Positions 31,963 through 42,794 of a stretch of DNA of 64,000 bases are shown here, in pieces. The stretch lies in contig CAJBIA010000114.1 of the NCBI GenBank assembly GCA_903953055.1, positions 7,165 to 71,164 of the forward strand. Reading direction: 5' to 3'. Position 1 is the stretch's first letter; every line of letters begins with the position of its first letter. This DNA comes from an uncultured Methylophilaceae bacterium. GTDB taxonomy: Bacteria > Pseudomonadota > Gammaproteobacteria > Burkholderiales > Methylophilaceae. The notes under the pieces were generated by a model, which was not told the origin of the DNA, did no database searches, and saw nothing but the letters and a program-made list of their open reading frames with translations. A program made the position numbers and the translations under genes.

Positions 31963-34311
31963 TTAAAATTGTGATCCCAATTGGAATTGGATCATCTGTG
32001 TTCTGTCATCAGGTTTTGGATTGATTGCTTTTGCAAATACCAATTTAATCGGGCCAAAAGGCGAATACCAAGCAATTCCCATCCCTGCTGAGTATCTTAT
32101 GTCACTCAGATTAATGCTCTGCCCAGATTCAAATACGCTGCCCCCATCCATAAAGGCGCTTAGACGAAGCTGGCTAGAATCTTTCATGCCTGGCACTGGA
32201 AAGAAGATTTCTGCATTACCAAGAATACGTTTAGTGCCTCCCATGAAATAACCGGGATGATAAATATTAGGCGTGACAGTTGTATCAGTTGTTGGTTGTT
32301 TGTAAGGACCAATTGAACTTGTGTCATAGCCCCTGACAGAATTTACTCCACCCATGTAGAAGTTTTTAAAGAACGGATAGTCTTTTGTTCCATATGAGGC
32401 TCCATAACCTAGTTCACCATTCAGCATCAGCGTCATCGATTTATTAATTGGATAATACCAAGAGTTCTTAGTTTCTAGCTTGTAGTACTCTAGATCAAGT
32501 CCTGGTAGGCCCACTTCAGCTAAAATTCTCTGATGCACGCCCTCATTTGGATAAAGCGTATTGTCTCTGGTATCGTGTGCCCAGCCTAAATTTAACATCC
32601 ATGAATAGTTGGTACAGCCAGTTGAGTTTGTGCTGCCACAATAATTACGATACATATCAGGGCTTGATGGATCAAGCGAGACATCAGTGTAATCGAATGA
32701 CAAACCACCGCTTACTGAGTCTCTTTCATTAAGGGGCATACCAAAACTCACGCCACCGCCATATGACGATGTTTTATAAGTTCCTGTGCCAAGGCTTGTC
32801 GTGTCAAGATCACGCCTGTAGACATTGAATGTTCTGCTGATTCCATCGGGTGTGAAGTATGGGTCTGTATAAGATAAGGAGTAGACGGTGTTTACTTTGC
32901 CTGTGTTGACTTGGGCTGAAACGCGGTTACCTGTCCCTAGGAAATTATTTTGATTAACCGTCACGCCGAGCACAATGCCTTCGGCACTTGATAGGCCGGC
33001 ACCAAACATAATACTTCCGGTAGATTTTTCAGTAACGCTGACATTAACGTCAACCTGATCAGAGGTTCCTGGCACTGCTGGTGTTTCAAGATTGACGTCT
33101 GAGAAATACTGAAGGCGATCTAACCGTTGTTTAGATCGTGTGATTTTATCTGCGCCATACCATGAGGACTCCATTTGACGCATTTCACGTCTTAGCACTT
33201 CATCTCTTGTACGCGTATTCCCAGTTAAATTGATGCGTCTAACATAAACGCGGCGTGCAGGGTCCACCATAAAAGTAAATGCAACATTATGATTTTCCTT
33301 GTCCACTTCAGGCACAGCATTGACATTAGCAAATGCATAACCTTCATTGCCAAGTCTGTCGCTCATCGCTTTACTGGAACTGGTTACTTTTTCTCTATTA
33401 AAAGCCTCCCCGACATTGATCGAAATCAACTTACGAATCTCATCCTCTGGAATGATCGTTTCCCCAGCAACCTTGATGCCAGTCACAGTGTATTTCTCAC
33501 CCTCGGTAATATTGGCAGTAATATAGATATCACGCTTATCAGGGGAGATGGAAACTTGCGTAGAATCAATATTGAATTCCAAGTAACCTTGATTCATATA
33601 AAATGAACGCATCGTTTCCAGATCCGCAGTCAGTTTTTGTTTCGAGTATTGATCATTTTTATTCCACCAAGTCATCCAATCTGGTGTCGTTAGCTTGAAT
33701 TTTTCTCGTAACTCGTCTTCAGTGAACGCTTGATTACCAACGATATTGATACTTCTGATTTTCGAGACAGCGCCCTCTTCAATTTCGAAGCGAAGACCTA
33801 CACGATTGCGTTCCAAAGGACTAACTGATGCCTTAACTGTAGCGCCATACTTGCCCTGTGCGAGATATTGACGTTTGATTTCTTGCTCGGCTCGGTCGAG
33901 CATAGACTTATCAAAAATTAAGCCTTCTGAAAGGCCAATTTGCTTAAGTCCTTCTTTCATCTTATCTGTCGGGAATGATTTATTACCGTTAAAAGTAATT
34001 TGAGCAATTGCTGATCGTTCTTGGACCGTCACCACCAAAACATCTTGATCTACCTCAATGCGAACATCTTTAAAGAAACCGGTTCCATAAAGTGACTTAA
34101 TCGCTTGGGTAGCCTTGTCATCATCCATGGTCTCCCCAACTTTTACAGGCAAGTAGCTAAATACCGTTCCTGCCTCTGTCCGCTGAATGCCTTCAACACG
34201 AATGTCTTTAACGACAAACGGTTCCATGGCAAATGCACTCAAAGCGAAAAGGCCAAGAAGTGCCATTGGAATTATCTTAAGCTTCACACTTAGTTTTTCT
34301 TTAAAAATCAT
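31963..34311 (-). CDS. bamA: Outer membrane protein assembly factor BamA
   Basis: POTRA repeats, SVRGY, SPFGP, C-terminal Phe. The true start may be slightly downstream. Confidence 0.98.
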   Translation of the reverse strand: MIFKEKLSVKLKIIPMALLGLFALSAFAMEPFVVKDIRVEGIQRTEAGTVFSYLPVKVGETMDDDKATQAIKSLYGTGFFKDVRIEVDQDVLVVTVQERSAIAQITFNGNKSFPTDKMKEGLKQIGLSEGLIFDKSMLDRAEQEIKRQYLAQGKYGATVKASVSPLERNRVGLRFEIEEGAVSKIRSINIVGNQAFTEDELREKFKLTTPDWMTWWNKNDQYSKQKLTADLETMRSFYMNQGYLEFNIDSTQVSISPDKRDIYITANITEGEKYTVTGIKVAGETIIPEDEIRKLISINVGEAFNREKVTSSSKAMSDRLGNEGYAFANVNAVPEVDKENHNVAFTFMVDPARRVYVRRINLTGNTRTRDEVLRREMRQMESSWYGADKITRSKQRLDRLQYFSDVNLETPAVPGTSDQVDVNVSVTEKSTGSIMFGAGLSSAEGIVLGVTVNQNNFLGTGNRVSAQVNTGKVNTVYSLSYTDPYFTPDGISRTFNVYRRDLDTTSLGTGTYKTSSYGGGVSFGMPLNERDSVSGGLSFDYTDVSLDPSSPDMYRNYCGSTNSTGCTNYSWMLNLGWAHDTRDNTLYPNEGVHQRILAEVGLPGLDLEYYKLETKNSWYYPINKSMTLMLNGELGYGASYGTKDYPFFKNFYMGGVNSVRGYDTSSIGPYKQPTTDTTVTPNIYHPGYFMGGTKRILGNAEIFFPVPGMKDSSQLRLSAFMDGGSVFESGQSINLSDIRYSAGMGIAWYSPFGPIKLVFAKAINPKPDDRTQMIQFQLGSQF

Positions 34312-34316
34312 TAGGC

Positions 34317-35690
34317 TTAGCCCATTATTAATCTATTAAAATCATTATATAAGGCACATGCCATAAGCAACCCTAAGATCGCCAAACCAATGCGCTGACC
34401 AAACTCCATCGATTGATCAGAAACTGGACTACCCTTCACCAATTCAACCATATAATACAACAAATGTCCCCCATCTAACACAGGGATTGGGAGTAGATTT
34501 AAAACTCCCAAACTGATACTAATAACAGCAAGGAAAGCCAAAAAAGCATTCAGCCCCAGGTGTGCACTCTGTCCAGCATAGTTTGCAATTGTGACTGGGC
34601 CGCTAATAGATTTAATAGAAAGATCGCCTTTCAACATATTGACAAGCATTTTGAGAGTGAAGGAGGCAGTTTCATATGTTTTTTTAATTGCCCGCGATAA
34701 CGCGGTTAAAGGAGAGCTTTGGACGGTCACCAAATAATCTTGCATGACTTTTTCATTGATTAATACTGCAGCGCCAATTTGCCCTATTTTTTTGTTATCT
34801 TTCTCCATACTTGTTGGGATAACGTTAATAAATTCTTTCCCATTGCTCCGCTCAATATTCAATTTGAGCGTTTTATCAGGATTTGCTTGTACAATTTCGA
34901 CTAACTTTTCCCAGTCATCGATTGGGATTCCATCGACATCAATAACCTTATCCCCTTCATGCAAACCTGCTTTTTCAGCTGCACTATCTTTAATGATTGA
35001 TCCAATGACCGAATCCACTCTTGGATGATTGGGTTTCAGGCCTAGCTTAGCTAAAAAGTCGTTATTCAAGTCGGCTTCAGTAATGCCTCTAAGATTTATT
35101 TTCTGATAATGTTTTTGCTGTTGAGTATCGATCGTCTCAATAACAACAGATGGCGTTTTAAATATATTTCGAATAAGTACCCATTGAATGTCTTGCCATA
35201 GCTTTATTTCCTCCCCATCTACTTTAACTACTAAATCACCTTGATGAAGTTTGGCTATACTTGCTGGGGAGTCTTGTGGAACGTCAGCCAGGATCGGTTT
35301 CAATCCAGTCGTCCCTTGCAAAATCAGCACCCAATACAAAGCAACAGCAAGTAATAAATTGGCCATAGGCCCCGCAGAAACAATTGCAATACGCTTAAAA
35401 ATACTTTGACGATTAAAGGCCCTGTTAAGATCTTCAGCGCTAAATCCTATTTTTTCCGTTTCAGTTAGATCGCGTTCATCCAGCATCTTTACATAACCGC
35501 CTAATGGCAATATGGAAATAATAAATTCCGTTTTATCCGCCCCGAATTTTTTAGTAAAAATAGGACGTCCGAAACCTAATGAGAACTTGAGTACTTTAAC
35601 ATCACACCATTTGGCCATTTGAAAATGGCCATATTCATGAATAGCAATTAAAACTCCTAAAGTCACTACAAAAGCGAATAAGGTGATCAT
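34317..35690 (-). CDS. rseP: Intramembrane zinc protease RseP
   Basis: HEYGH, PLGGYV, two PDZ domains, NLLPIPVLDGG. ATGA overlap with dxr gives start 35690. Confidence 0.96.
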   Translation of the reverse strand: MITLFAFVVTLGVLIAIHEYGHFQMAKWCDVKVLKFSLGFGRPIFTKKFGADKTEFIISILPLGGYVKMLDERDLTETEKIGFSAEDLNRAFNRQSIFKRIAIVSAGPMANLLLAVALYWVLILQGTTGLKPILADVPQDSPASIAKLHQGDLVVKVDGEEIKLWQDIQWVLIRNIFKTPSVVIETIDTQQQKHYQKINLRGITEADLNNDFLAKLGLKPNHPRVDSVIGSIIKDSAAEKAGLHEGDKVIDVDGIPIDDWEKLVEIVQANPDKTLKLNIERSNGKEFINVIPTSMEKDNKKIGQIGAAVLINEKVMQDYLVTVQSSPLTALSRAIKKTYETASFTLKMLVNMLKGDLSIKSISGPVTIANYAGQSAHLGLNAFLAFLAVISISLGVLNLLPIPVLDGGHLLYYMVELVKGSPVSDQSMEFGQRIGLAILGLLMACALYNDFNRLIMG

Positions 35691-36874
35691 GCGACGCGTT
35701 TCATCCAAGCTTTCGCTTCAATTCTGGCTTCAATATCAGAACTGATTAGCATCTCTATGTCTGTAACTTGCTTAATTTGGCTTTTTTCCAAGACGTATTC
35801 TATTAATACGGGGATATCCGTAAAGGAGATTTTTTCATTAATAAATGCATCGACAGCAACCTCGTTAGCTGCGTTCATAATGGCGGCCGCATTACCGCCC
35901 GCCTTTAATGCATCAAAAGCCAATCTTAAACTTGGGAATTTTTGGGTGTCTGGTACTTCGAAATCTAAACGCGCAATTTTAAATAAATCAAGCGAGCTAA
36001 CTCCACTTTCCAAGCGATCTGGATACCCCAATGCATAAGCAATGGGTGTTCGCATATCAGGGTTTCCCAGTTGAGCTAGGACTGAGCCATCAACATACTC
36101 AACCATCGAATGAATAACGCTTTGTGGATGAACAACCACCTCAATTTGATCTGGTGAGGCATTAAATAGCCAATGCGCCTCAATCACCTCTAAGCCCTTA
36201 TTCATCATGGTGGCTGAATCAATCGTGATTTTTGGCCCCATCACCCAGTTAGGGTGATGCAGTGCCTGCTTTACAGTTACCCGCTTTAATTCTTCCAGAC
36301 TCGCTGTTCGGAATGGCCCGCCTGATGCTGTGAGAAGGATTTTCTTTACTCCACGATTAGCAAGGCTTTTGCCTTTGATGTTTGGCATAACTTGAAATAT
36401 GGCATTATGTTCGCTATCGATAGGCAGTAATGTTGCGCCACCCTCTTCTACTGCCTCCATAAAAATACTGCCTGCCATCACAAGCGTTTCTTTATTGGCC
36501 AATAAAATCCGTTTGCCAGCTTTAGCAGCTGCTATAGCTGGTTTTAATCCTGCAGCCCCAACAATAGCAGCCATGACTATATCTGTATTTTCATGAGATG
36601 AAACAAACTCTAATGAGGCCATCCCGTTTAATACTTTAGTTGAACTTCCAGCTTGTTGTAATTTTTGGAATAGTTGTTCAGCAGCATTCTCTTCGAGCAT
36701 TACAGCATAACTGGGTTTGAATTTTAAACATTGATTAAACAATCCTTCAACGTTGTTATTTGCGGTAAGGGCGAAAACAGTAAAGCGCTTTGAATGAACT
36801 GAAATAACATCTAAGGTATTAATGCCAATGGTGCCGGTTGCACCAAGAATGGTGACTTGCTGTAACTTACCCAT
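35687..36874 (-). CDS. dxr: 1-deoxy-D-xylulose 5-phosphate reductoisomerase
   Basis: LANKE, PIDSEH, HPNWVMG, MNKGLE. Confidence 0.98.
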   Translation of the reverse strand: MGKLQQVTILGATGTIGINTLDVISVHSKRFTVFALTANNNVEGLFNQCLKFKPSYAVMLEENAAEQLFQKLQQAGSSTKVLNGMASLEFVSSHENTDIVMAAIVGAAGLKPAIAAAKAGKRILLANKETLVMAGSIFMEAVEEGGATLLPIDSEHNAIFQVMPNIKGKSLANRGVKKILLTASGGPFRTASLEELKRVTVKQALHHPNWVMGPKITIDSATMMNKGLEVIEAHWLFNASPDQIEVVVHPQSVIHSMVEYVDGSVLAQLGNPDMRTPIAYALGYPDRLESGVSSLDLFKIARLDFEVPDTQKFPSLRLAFDALKAGGNAAAIMNAANEVAVDAFINEKISFTDIPVLIEYVLEKSQIKQVTDIEMLISSDIEARIEAKAWMKRVA

Positions 36875-37700
36875 GGAAAATTACGGCTTTAACATACAAA
36901 TATAAATTGTAATAAATAGGCATCGTTATTAAAAACATGACTAAAGGCAGCGTTGATGTTAAACCATCAATGCGGTCTAAAACTCCACCATGTCCAGGAA
37001 GCAAACTACTGCTATCTTTTACTCCAGCCTGGCGTTTAACCAGGGATTCAAACAGATCCCCCATAATGCTCAATATCATGACACCCCAGAAAACTAGAAC
37101 AAACATGTAACTTTGATGCGTTATATAACAAAGTAATATTGCGTATGTTGTCACGGCGACCCAAGCACCCAGCACTCCTTCAAAAGTTTTACCAGGGCTA
37201 ATCGATGGAGCAAGTTTATGTTTACCAAACCGTTTACCTGCGAAATAAGCAGCGCTATCAGCAATCCATACGGTCATCGCAAAAACGATAAGCAACGAGG
37301 GATTGATCTCTCGCAAGGCAATCATTGATAAACCGAATGGCACAATGGTAATTAATCCTAATAATCCGATGAGCACTGGATTGTTGACTTGCAGACTAAA
37401 TGCTAACAAAACTGGAACAATGAGAAGCCAAAATATAGCTGCTAGAAGGACGGCCCAGATAACAACCATATGCATCAGATCTGGTGAATAGACCAGTAAA
37501 AACAATCCTGAAAGGAGCACCAGGCTGGTATACAAAAAAGAAACAATCTTATTGTATTGAGCCATTCCGGCCCATTCCCATATGCCTATCGAGATTACAG
37601 TCAGGATCAAAAGATCCCAATATAAAGGCGGTAAATAGACAAATGCCGTAGCAAATACTATGAATAGAACTAGGGAAGTAATAAGGCGAGTCTTAAGCAT
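36867..37700 (-). CDS. cdsA: Phosphatidate cytidylyltransferase
   Basis: ISPGKTFEG, GDLFESxxKR, PGHGGVLDRID. Confidence 0.97.
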   Translation of the reverse strand: MLKTRLITSLVLFIVFATAFVYLPPLYWDLLILTVISIGIWEWAGMAQYNKIVSFLYTSLVLLSGLFLLVYSPDLMHMVVIWAVLLAAIFWLLIVPVLLAFSLQVNNPVLIGLLGLITIVPFGLSMIALREINPSLLIVFAMTVWIADSAAYFAGKRFGKHKLAPSISPGKTFEGVLGAWVAVTTYAILLCYITHQSYMFVLVFWGVMILSIMGDLFESLVKRQAGVKDSSSLLPGHGGVLDRIDGLTSTLPLVMFLITMPIYYNLYLYVKAVIFHG

Positions 37701-37702
37701 AT

Positions 37703-38455
37703 TTAAGTTGCAACCAATTGTTCACTGGTTCGACCGAACCGACGCTCTCTTTGTTGGTAAGATTGTATGGCTAATTTAAAGGCTTCATCGTCAAAATCGG
37801 GCCAAAGTGTATCTGTAAAATAGAGCTCTGAATAGGCAAGTTGCCAAAGTAGAAAGTTGCTAATACGTTTTTCACCGCCAGTACGAATAAACAAATCAGG
37901 CTCAGGGGAAAAGCTCATCGACAGATATGGACTTAAGTGCTCCTCATTATAGTTACCAAGCAAAGACGGATTAGCTTTTTGCATTGCATTCATCGCTTGG
38001 AGCAAATCCCAGCGACCTCCATAATTTGCAGCAATTGTTAAAGTCAGCCCAGTGTTGCTTTTAGTCAATAACTCAGCAGATGCTATCTCATAACACAGCG
38101 CCTCGCTAAATTTAGTCCGATCACCAATCATGACAAAACGAACATTGCTCTTGTGGAGCTTAGCGACCTCTTTTTTCAAGGCCTCCATGAATAAACCCAT
38201 TAGAAAGCTTACTTCTTCAGCTGGCCTTCTCCAATTTTCACTACTAAAAGCAAATAAAGTGAGATATTTCACTCCAATATTGACGCTATGCTTAATCATG
38301 CTACGTACATTTTCCACACCAACCTTATGGCCAGCAACTCTTGGTAGAAAACGTTGTTTGGCCCATCGACCATTGCCGTCCATGATTACCGCAACATGCC
38401 TTGGAATTTCAAGCGCCTCTGGAATAGCGGTTGTAGAGCTAGTGAAAATGCCCAA
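37703..38455 (-). CDS. uppS: Undecaprenyl diphosphate synthase
   Basis: IMDGNGRWA, FSSENWxR, RTGGEKRISNF. Confidence 0.98.
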   Translation of the reverse strand: MGIFTSSTTAIPEALEIPRHVAVIMDGNGRWAKQRFLPRVAGHKVGVENVRSMIKHSVNIGVKYLTLFAFSSENWRRPAEEVSFLMGLFMEALKKEVAKLHKSNVRFVMIGDRTKFSEALCYEIASAELLTKSNTGLTLTIAANYGGRWDLLQAMNAMQKANPSLLGNYNEEHLSPYLSMSFSPEPDLFIRTGGEKRISNFLLWQLAYSELYFTDTLWPDFDDEAFKLAIQSYQQRERRFGRTSEQLVAT

Positions 38456-38500
38456 TTAAGACACCATTTTTGAAATTAATAACCGCATATATTTAATGGG

Positions 38501-39058
38501 CTATACAGCCATCAAGTCGGTTTCTTTAACTTGTAACATCTTGTCTATTTCTGCCACATTTTTATCAGTTATCTTCTGAATCTCTTCTTGGGTGCGGCGC
38601 TCATCATCTTCACTGATCTCTTTATCTTTGATGAGCTTTTTCAACGCATCATTGGCGTCTCGGCGGATATTTCTAACGGCAACCTTAGCAGCCTCACCTT
38701 CACCACGCACCACTTTAATCAAATCTCTGCGGCGCTCCTCAGTCAACATTGGCATAGGGACACGAATTAAATCGCCATTAGTGGCTGGGTTAAGTCCTAA
38801 ATCTGCATCTCGAATAGCTTTCTCAACTTTACCTATGAGTGACTTTTCGTAGGGTTGTACGTTAATTGTGCGTGAGTCACCCAAAGTCACGTTGGCCACT
38901 TGGGTAACTGCTACCATAGAGCCGTAATACTCAACCATCACGTGGTCTAATAAACCAGTGTGCGCCCGGCCTGTACGCACTTTCCCCAAGTCGCTCTTAA
39001 GGGCATCTATAGACTTTTGCATTTTTTGTTCTGCATTAGATTTAACTTCGGCTAACAT
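38501..39058 (-). CDS. frr: Ribosome recycling factor
   Basis: RTGRA, LTEERR, VRNIRR. Confidence 0.98.
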   Translation of the reverse strand: MLAEVKSNAEQKMQKSIDALKSDLGKVRTGRAHTGLLDHVMVEYYGSMVAVTQVANVTLGDSRTINVQPYEKSLIGKVEKAIRDADLGLNPATNGDLIRVPMPMLTEERRRDLIKVVRGEGEAAKVAVRNIRRDANDALKKLIKDKEISEDDERRTQEEIQKITDKNVAEIDKMLQVKETDLMAV

Positions 39059-39122
39059 TTACATCTCCTTGCTAATAACTTTATGGGCCTCAAATTCAGG
39101 CGACGTTAGATAATCTTATTCT

Positions 39123-39845
39123 TTAAGATAAAACCTTTGTGCCTTCATCTTCGCCCATTACAACGCTCTTTAAAGCGCCTTTTTTTAAAATACTGAATAC
39201 TGAAATTGGAAGATTTTGATCACGACACAGCGTTAAGGCTGTTGCATCCATGACTTTTAAATTCTTTGCAATGGCCTCATCAAATGTGACTGTGTTGTAG
39301 CGCATTGCATCAGGATTTGTTTTTGGGTCGTCGGTATAAATGCCATCAACTTTAGTGGCTTTTATGACGATATCTGCATTAATTTCAAGGCCACGTAATG
39401 CAGCAGCAGTGTCTGTAGTGAAAAAAGGATTCCCAGTCCCCGCTCCGAAAATGACAACACGCCCTTCTTCTAGATAACGAATTGCCTTGCCTCGAATATA
39501 TGGCTCCGCAACTTGCTCGATATTAAGAGCGGATTGTACGCGGCTGACCAGTCCGATATGCTTCATTGCGTCTTGAAGTGCTAAGGCATTCATTACCGTA
39601 GCAAGCATGCCCATGTAATCGGCCGTTGCCCTATCCATACCCTCTGCTGCAGGTGCGACTCCGCGGAAAATATTACCACCGCCAATGACAACTGCGACTT
39701 CGACGCCCAAATCAACAATCTCTTTAACTTCACCAACAATTCGATTGATTGTTGATCTGTTGATGCCATAGGCATCATCTCCCATGAGGGCCTCGCCAGA
39801 AAGCTTCAATAAGATGCGTTTATATTTTGGCGTTTGAGCAGTCAC
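39123..39845 (-). CDS. pyrH: Uridylate kinase
   Basis: [24 protein letters not shown] start at 39845 follows CAGGAG. Confidence 0.98.
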   Translation of the reverse strand: MTAQTPKYKRILLKLSGEALMGDDAYGINRSTINRIVGEVKEIVDLGVEVAVVIGGGNIFRGVAPAAEGMDRATADYMGMLATVMNALALQDAMKHIGLVSRVQSALNIEQVAEPYIRGKAIRYLEEGRVVIFGAGTGNPFFTTDTAAALRGLEINADIVIKATKVDGIYTDDPKTNPDAMRYNTVTFDEAIAKNLKVMDATALTLCRDQNLPISVFSILKKGALKSVVMGEDEGTKVLS

Positions 39846-39960
39846 GGTATAAAACTCCTGTTCTGTTGTGCAAAACGATGACGCCAAGATCTCTCTTGAA
39901 TATCATCGTTTTGCGAGTTTACAACATTGTGCGGCTTAAAATCCGCCGCACATTTATTTT

Positions 39961-40836
39961 TTATAATTTAGCGGCTGCAGCTACTTCAGCAGCGAAATCC
40001 GTTACGACTTTTTCAATACCCTCACCCACTGTATACATTGTGAATGATGCCACTGATGCGCCTTTTGATTTCAACAATTGCTCAATCGTTAATTTGTCAT
40101 CTTTAACAAAGTTTTGACTAAGTAGAGTTACTTCTTTCAAGAATTTTTGGACTGTACCATCAGCAATCTTCTCAAGCATCGCATCCGGCTTACCAGCTTC
40201 TTTTGCTTTTTCAATTGCAACGCGACGTTCAGCTTCAATCAATGCGGCATCCACACCGCTGGCATCTAATGATTTAGGTTTTGCAGCGGCAATGTGCATT
40301 GCAATGTCTTTTCCTAAAGCATCATCACCACCAACGACGTCAACGATAACTCCTATTTTGCTACCGTGTACGTAAGAGGCTAATTTGCCTTGAGCAGCTA
40401 GACGAACGAAACGACGTGGCGTAATGTTTTCACCAATTTTACCAACCAGTTGTGTACGTAGATCCTCTGCAGTCGAGCCATTCATTGGCAATAGTGCAAC
40501 AGCTTCGATATTCGCTGGATTGTTTTTTTCAACGACCAAAGCTAACTCACGTACGTAATTTAAAAAGTCATCATTTTTTGCACAGAAATCAGTTTCAGAG
40601 TTAACTTCTATCATTGCGCCAGTTTTGCCATCAGCACTAATGCTAACACCGACTGTGCCTTCGGCAGCTACACGACCAGCAGCCTTGCTAGCTTTGTTAC
40701 CAAAACGGACACGTAGAATTTCTTCAGCACGTGTCATATCGCCATCAGCTTCGGATAGTGCTTTTTTACAGTCCATCATCGGAGCATCGGTGCGCTCACG
40801 TAATTCTTTTACCATTGATGCGGTAATTTCAGCCAT
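39961..40836 (-). CDS. tsf: Elongation factor Ts
   Basis: [25 protein letters not shown]. Confidence 0.99.
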   Translation of the reverse strand: MAEITASMVKELRERTDAPMMDCKKALSEADGDMTRAEEILRVRFGNKASKAAGRVAAEGTVGVSISADGKTGAMIEVNSETDFCAKNDDFLNYVRELALVVEKNNPANIEAVALLPMNGSTAEDLRTQLVGKIGENITPRRFVRLAAQGKLASYVHGSKIGVIVDVVGGDDALGKDIAMHIAAAKPKSLDASGVDAALIEAERRVAIEKAKEAGKPDAMLEKIADGTVQKFLKEVTLLSQNFVKDDKLTIEQLLKSKGASVASFTMYTVGEGIEKVVTDFAAEVAAAAKL

Positions 40837-40910
40837 TTACAAACTCCTTAAATATATTTCAGGCTTAAGGGATTATTCACTTAAAAGCCACTTCATTCAA
40901 AAGTATTAGA

Positions 40911-40942
40911 CATAAAAAAGGGGCCTTAGCCCCTTTTTTGTG
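40911..40942 (-). terminator. Terminator/attenuator hairpin between rpsB and tsf
   Basis: AAAAAAGGGGC-CTTA-GCCCCTTTTTT; an analogous intercistronic attenuator is known in E. coli rpsB-tsf. Confidence 0.8.
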
Positions 40943-40948
40943 GGGGTA

Positions 40949-41689
40949 TTACTCTACGGCAACTTCAACAACTGTTTCTTCTTCTGCGGATTTCACAATC
41001 TCTGCGATGAATTGATTGCGGCCTTCAAGAACTGCATCAGCAATACCACGTGCGTATAAACGAATTGCACGGCTTGAATCATCATTACCAGGAATGATAT
41101 AAGTAATACCATCCGGTGAGTTGTTTGTGTCAACAACACCGATCACTGGGATGCCAAGCTTAGCTGCTTCAGTTACAGCGCCGCTTTCGTGACCAACGTC
41201 AATGATAAAAATGGCATCCGGCAAGCCGCCCATTTCTTTAATACCACCAATAGAACGTGAAAGCTTCTCAACTTCACGCTTGTAACCTAAAGCTTCTTTC
41301 TTACCAAATTTTTCCAAGCTACCATCTTGCAACATTGTTTCGTAGTCTGTTAAACGCTTGATAGATTGTTTAACTGTTTTAAAGTTAGTTAACATGCCAC
41401 CTAGCCAGCGATGATTAACGTATGCACAATTTGAACGGATCGCTTCTTCTTGCATAATGTCACGTGCTTGGCGTTTAGTACCAACGAACAGAATGCGGCC
41501 CTTGTTTGCTGAAATTTGACGCACATATTTCAGCGCCTCTTCAAACAAAGGTAATGTTTTTTCTAAGTTAACGATATGAATTTTGTTACGATCACCGAAA
41601 ATGAACGGTGCCATCTTTGGATTCCAGTAACGGGTTTGATGGCCGAAGTGAACTCCGGCTTCCAGCATTTCACGCATTGTAACGGACAT
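40949..41689 (-). CDS. rpsB: 30S ribosomal protein S2
   Basis: [25 protein letters not shown]. Confidence 0.99.
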   Translation of the reverse strand: MSVTMREMLEAGVHFGHQTRYWNPKMAPFIFGDRNKIHIVNLEKTLPLFEEALKYVRQISANKGRILFVGTKRQARDIMQEEAIRSNCAYVNHRWLGGMLTNFKTVKQSIKRLTDYETMLQDGSLEKFGKKEALGYKREVEKLSRSIGGIKEMGGLPDAIFIIDVGHESGAVTEAAKLGIPVIGVVDTNNSPDGITYIIPGNDDSSRAIRLYARGIADAVLEGRNQFIAEIVKSAEEETVVEVAVE

Positions 41690-41699
41690 AAAAGTCTCC

Positions 41700-41770
41700 A
41701 GTAAGGGTTATAGCTTACATACTCCCAAAAACATTCGCATAAGCGAACACCCTTTACGGGGAGCATGATG
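41700..41770 (-). ncRNA. rpsB leader (t44-like S2 autoregulatory element)
   Basis: Minus strand stem CATGCTCCC/GGGAGTATG encloses GGGTG and the hairpin TTCGC-TTAT-GCGAA. A downstream AACCC can pair with GGGT just before the GGAG ribosome binding site. This is the same layout as the E. coli rpsB leader. Confidence 0.75.
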
Positions 41771-41981
41771 TATTTAAAATACTCGTTTAAGCAAAACTGC
41801 AAAAACAAATTCACCAAGCTAAGAAATTAATAAAAAAATTAAAGCGCCTATATTGTATTGCGCAACTTTAATCCATACCGCTTTGCAGATTCACATCAAG
41901 CTAAACGGGTGCAGTATGCTAACATAAGCACATCTTAAAACTCAAGGAAAACCTTAGCCGGAATGGCTTTAAGTTGGAATT

Positions 41982-42785
41982 ATGGCAATATCAATTAAAA
42001 ATGAACAAGACATTGAAAAAATGCGGATTGCAGGAAAGCTTGCATCTGAGGTATTAGACTTTATCACTCCCTATGTTAAGCCCGGGGTTACAACTGGTGC
42101 GTTAGATAAATTGTGCCATGATTATATGGTTAATATCCAGAAGACCATCCCTGCCCCGCTTAATTACGCACCCCATGGGCATGTACCCTACCCAAAATCA
42201 ATTTGCACTTCAGTTAACCATCAAATTTGTCACGGAGTGCCTGGTGAGAAAATCCTGAAAAATGGGGATATTGTAAATCTCGATATTACTGTCATCAAAG
42301 ATGGTTATCATGGCGATACAAGTCGAATGTTTTATTTGGGTGAGCCATCCATTCAGGCAAGGCGCCTATGTGAAGTTACTTATGAATGTATGTGGCTAGG
42401 CATTTCTATAGTCAAACCTGGGTCAACATTGGGTGATATAGGTTACGTAATTCAGACACATGCAGAAAAAAATGGCTTTAGCGTTGTACAAGAGTTCTGT
42501 GGACATGGGATTGGTAAAAAATTCCATGAAGATCCGCAGGTGCTTCATTATGGCAAGTCTGGGACTGGCCTTAAATTACAAACGGGTATGATATTTACGA
42601 TCGAACCTATGATAAATGCCGGAAAACGCTTTATTAAACAGTTGGGTGATGGTTGGACTGTTGTGACAAAAGATCACAGCCTCTCCGCGCAATTTGAACA
42701 TACTGTTTTAGTAACTCCAACAGGTTATGAAGTATTAACGCTCTCGGAGGGTTCACCTCAGTCACCCAGTTTAATCATGGCTTAA
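41982..42785 (+). CDS. map: Methionine aminopeptidase type I
   Basis: CTSVNxxICHG, HGDTS, GHGIG, TIEPM, AQFEHT. Confidence 0.98.
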   Translation: MAISIKNEQDIEKMRIAGKLASEVLDFITPYVKPGVTTGALDKLCHDYMVNIQKTIPAPLNYAPHGHVPYPKSICTSVNHQICHGVPGEKILKNGDIVNLDITVIKDGYHGDTSRMFYLGEPSIQARRLCEVTYECMWLGISIVKPGSTLGDIGYVIQTHAEKNGFSVVQEFCGHGIGKKFHEDPQVLHYGKSGTGLKLQTGMIFTIEPMINAGKRFIKQLGDGWTVVTKDHSLSAQFEHTVLVTPTGYEVLTLSEGSPQSPSLIMA

Positions 42786-42794
42786 TCAAGCTTC

